Shown here piece after piece: positions 60,976-64,000 of a stretch of DNA of 64,000 nucleotides. The number at the start of each line of letters is the position of its first letter. Position 1 is the first letter of the stretch. Source of the stretch: Candidatus Culexmicrobium cathedralense (lineage in GTDB: Archaea; Thermoproteota; Methanomethylicia; Culexarchaeales; Culexmicrobiaceae); the NCBI GenBank assembly GCA_025061115.1, contig JANZKC010000001.1:608001-672000 (forward strand), given 5' to 3'. Below the pieces are notes generated by a model. The model worked only from the letters and a program-made list of their open reading frames with translations, did not search any database and was not told the origin of the DNA. Both the position numbers and the translations under genes were made by a program.

Positions 60976-61634
60976 AGCAATCAAACATAAAATAACCAAG
61001 CAATCTGAAACTCCAATTGTAAGATCAACCCATACAACTCTCTCACACATAGCAACCAATTACATTAAACTTAAAATAACTTCTGTTGGTGTGGAGACCA
61101 TCTCTACACCAATTAATGATTCCTTTCTAATGATAATTACATAGTCCATATTTGCCACAAGCTCTACTGTAACTGATCCCTTCTTATCAGCATATGCCTC
61201 GAAAATCAGTGTGTCATAAATCTTCTATTACTAGGAAGATATGTTAAGACTTCAACACCACTTACTGGCTTTTCATCACCCTGGTGCGGTGTCATGTATC
61301 GCACCGATAATAAGTGTGACTTTCTGAAAAACATGCTCAGATGCTAAATCAACATGCGTCATAACGTCAACAAGCCTACGCTAATGCATTATAAAGTCAA
61401 GCTATATTCCTATTTATTTTATAGTGTTGGATATGGAAATTTGTTATCTATAATTACAGCTTAACGTGCAGTTTCTCTTTATATATTTATAGTTGCTACA
61501 ATTCATTTTATCAGAACTTTTCCGAATTATTGACTACTTTTCAATAAAAAGAAACATTTTATAAAAATGGTGCTTCAAACCTTCGTTACACGTCTTCTAA
61601 AACAAAATAAGAGATTAACATAGCTACTATGAAG

Positions 61635-61847
61635 CTATGGTGATTTCGTCTCTTTAAATTTCTCGCTTGCCTGCTCTCCCCCGATACCCCAGTTTTCCTT
61701 GGATACCTCAAGTATTACTACTTCAACTGCTCGTGACGGTATTCCAAGTTCCTCGAATACCTTGGTGACTCTCCTGATTATCTTGACTTTAGCCTCCCTT
61801 GAAACTCCACTCCACATGTAAACGTGTACTATTGGCATAAAGACCAC
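61635..61847 (-). CDS. 4-oxalocrotonate tautomerase family protein
   Basis: MPIVHV (catalytic Pro-1), V.I.EV.KENWGIGG; start ATG 61838. Confidence 0.9.
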   Translation of the reverse strand: MVFMPIVHVYMWSGVSREAKVKIIRRVTKVFEELGIPSRAVEVVILEVSKENWGIGGEQASEKFKETKSP

Positions 61848-62097
61848 ACCACCACATTATGCCATGTAATTAAAATAAGCATTTTGCACTTACATCCTCG
61901 AGGAGTTGCCTCTTCAGTAAAGAGAGCTCAAATCCCCTATATGAATATTGTATAATAACCCTAGCCCACTCCTACCTCACCATTTTGACTGCATCATCAT
62001 ATAATGAATCTTTTCAAACTTAAATGACAACTAAAAATAAGAATAAATTTAAAAGAATATATCATAGATTAAAGACCAGTAGGGGTAAGGTGACTTC

Positions 62098-62355
62098 ATG
62101 GGCATAATAGGTTGGAGCATCTTAATCTTCCTCTTCGGCCTATTATTCTTCGTATTTGGAGGACTTATCGGAGCTTTTATTGGATTAGGATTAATCGCTC
62201 TTGGAGCGGTAACACTCATAGTAGGAGGATTATTCAAAGGAATAAGAGGGATCTATAAATCCACCAAATATACTCGATGCCCATACTGCAAAGAAATAAT
62301 CCGTAAAGACGCAACAATATGCCCCCACTGCCACAGAACAATAAGAGGAAAGTAA
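62098..62355 (+). CDS. Small membrane protein with a C-terminal zinc ribbon
   Basis: Two Gly-rich TM helices; CPYCKE.I...ATICPHC. Confidence 0.8.
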   Translation: MGIIGWSILIFLFGLLFFVFGGLIGAFIGLGLIALGAVTLIVGGLFKGIRGIYKSTKYTRCPYCKEIIRKDATICPHCHRTIRGK

Positions 62356-62446
62356 TGAAAGAGGTAACATCACTAAAAGACTCCAATATTATTATTTATA
62401 TTAATGTTATTCAGTATTAAATAATGAATTCTACGAGGAGAAACCT

Positions 62447-62650
62447 ATGACAAAAATAGAGAAAATATACCTAAGATATTTTAGAGGTATCATTAAGGGA
62501 GAAGTGGAATTATCACCACTAACAATTCTAATAGGGTCAAACAACACTGGAAAAACAAGCATACTAGAAGCAATACTATTGGCACACGGTCTTACCAATT
62601 ATCTATATGAAAACCTAACACCCCTAGAAATAATATCTAGAAGATCATAA
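62447..62650 (+). pseudogene. N-terminal fragment of an ABC/SMC-like (AAA_15/21) ATPase
   Basis: I.L..FRGI, LTILIGSNNTGKTSILEAI Walker A; stops after 67 aa. Confidence 0.75.
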
Positions 62651-62799
62651 TCTTTCAGATTCCCCAGTTTCAAGGAAGTATTAAAGGCTAGCTCTCTTAG
62701 GAAGGAATTTCTGACCACCAAGTGTTATTATATTCTTCTCTAAAAGCTTCTTCAACTCTTTATTTAATTGCTCATCGATAAGAGCGTCATCAATTAATT

Positions 62800-63009
62800 C
62801 TACCAGCCAATCCTTTTCCACTGGCACTTGGATGAACATGAGTATAGATAGGAAAGATACTCAACTATCTTGTCAAATAAATCTCTATCCAGCAATTCCT
62901 TACGACTACCATGAACAAATGCACTTCTAATCCCATACGCTCTCTTAACTGTGAGACTAACTAAACAATACAGTATTCTCCTTAAGAGTAGATATCTCCA
63001 TAATCTCAA
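62800..63009 (-). pseudogene. ApeA-like HEPN C-terminal fragment
   Basis: AYGIRSAFVHG matches the Y..RS..VHG (Rx4H) HEPN active-site motif. Confidence 0.55.
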
Positions 63010-63624
63010 ATACCTATCTCATATCATACTGAATATAAATCATTTTTACAACGCAGCTACAAGCACTTGAAAATGGCTACATAATAAACTCTCTTACAAA
63101 CAACATAACTGAAAATCGTAAAACTAAGCCACCATAAAAGACTGAAAAACTCGACTATGACCAATTCATACTAGTAATGGGCGACCCAGATAAATCCGCA
63201 CTACTAAACCGAGCAACCCCACCAACTATGGGCTATGAAGAATACTGGTATTGGTATAAACTAAATGAACTAGGACAAGCAATTCTAAAGAGAAAAATAA
63301 CACACTTAGAGGTACACGATGGCTCGATCACAATGCAACCAAACTACTAGCAGAAAAATTGTCGAAAAGAATCCTGAAATTGAAAGTAAACTAGAACATC
63401 TCCTAAAATAATACAAACAACTCTACAACATCAATCCTTTCTCTATAATCAACTCAATAGTGCAACTATAAACGAAGGGGTGCCTAGATAAACAAACTAG
63501 ATGAAAATAAGGGTAAGTACAAAAATCTTGCCTGAACCGTAACTTCGCATCCATGTAGTTTTCTTTATATACTTGAAAGAGTTATAAGTTCAAATGAGAG
63601 TTATAAGCAGAAAAGGTGAAGTGA

Positions 63625-63858
63625 TTGATTACTGAAGAAAAATCTTTTACAATATTGATTGAAAGGGATGAGGATGGATATTATGTGGCTGAAGTAGCTG
63701 AGTTACCAGGCTGCCATACACAGGCCAAGAATATGAGGGAGTTAATGAAGAGAATACGAGAAGCAATACAACTCTACATAGAAGTTGGAGGTAAAATAAA
63801 AGATTTAGACGTAAAAAGAATAACTATAAAGGTTCCAGTTAAGGATCCTTCTTTATAA
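63625..63858 (+). CDS. hicB: HicB-family antitoxin
   Basis: ERDEDGYYVAEVAELPGCHTQAKN..EL...I.EAI.LY. Confidence 0.9.
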   Translation: MITEEKSFTILIERDEDGYYVAEVAELPGCHTQAKNMRELMKRIREAIQLYIEVGGKIKDLDVKRITIKVPVKDPSL

Positions 63859-64000
63859 ACATGAAAAATTCTTGAAGAGATAAGCCCACATCATAAGCTA
63901 TCTTCCTCAGCAAACCCCTCCCAATATCCTCTCCAGGATGAACCGGAACAACAGTAACCCTTCCATCATTATGTTTTAAAATAACATGACTTCCTCTTCT
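63839..64000 (-). CDS. hicA: HicA-family mRNA interferase toxin, 3' part (start beyond the window)
   Basis: Manual translation RRGSHVILKHNDGRVTVVPVHPGEDIGRGLLRKIAYDVGLSLQEFFMFIKKDP*; GSH and VPVH motifs. Confidence 0.9.
   Translation of the reverse strand, partial: RRGSHVILKHNDGRVTVVPVHPGEDIGRGLLRKIAYDVGLSLQEFFMFIKKDP

Noticed and set aside
63130-63420. Short plus-strand frame (MGDPDKSALLNRATPPTMGYEEYWYWYKLNELG...)
   Set aside because: Fragmentary, with no recognisable family; probably a remnant but not supportable
1-64000. CRISPR array, tRNA or rRNA genes, IS elements, integrase
   Set aside because: No regularly spaced repeats, cloverleaf/T-loop signatures, long GC-rich RNA blocks or transposase motifs seen in intergenic regions; a by-eye scan could miss small RNAs

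Overview
Archaeal chromosomal segment, most consistent with a thermophilic Thermoproteota/TACK-type lineage (RadA, Orc1/Cdc6, PolB2, tungsten-type AOR, TATA promoters, GGTGA/GGAGG ribosome sites, AGA/AGG- and ATA-rich codons). From 5' to 3': (i) 0-10.7 kb, an AT-rich, partly decayed surface-glycosylation locus (GT2/GT4, polysaccharide deacetylase, ATP-grasp/HAD fusion) with a BadF-type HexNAc kinase inside it; (ii) 11-18 kb, a compact set of bacterial-type peptidoglycan salvage enzymes (murQ, namZ, nagZ, amiE-like amidase, anmK, plus a peptidase), unexpected in an organism without murein; (iii) 18-22 kb, Ig-domain surface proteins and a polytopic membrane protein; (iv) 22.5-27 kb, a PAPS-synthesis cluster (sat, DHH phosphatase, alkaline-phosphatase-superfamily enzyme, cysC) led by two RHH proteins with an 'LGY' tail; (v) 27-39.7 kb, peptidases, FAD oxidase and AOR; (vi) 39.8-45.6 kb, an Orc1/Cdc6-wHTH-radA-inactive RecA paralog-small protein-PolB2 cassette with ORB-like boxes in the radA promoter, resembling an SOS/mutasome module; (vii) 45.7-64 kb, a toxin-antitoxin-rich, decaying accessory region (VapBC, HicAB, HEPN remnants) with a TGT-like protein divergent from a Panacea/UPF0175-DUF3368 pair. 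I saw no rRNA, tRNA, CRISPR array or transposase. All calls come from reading motifs by eye; no database searches were run.
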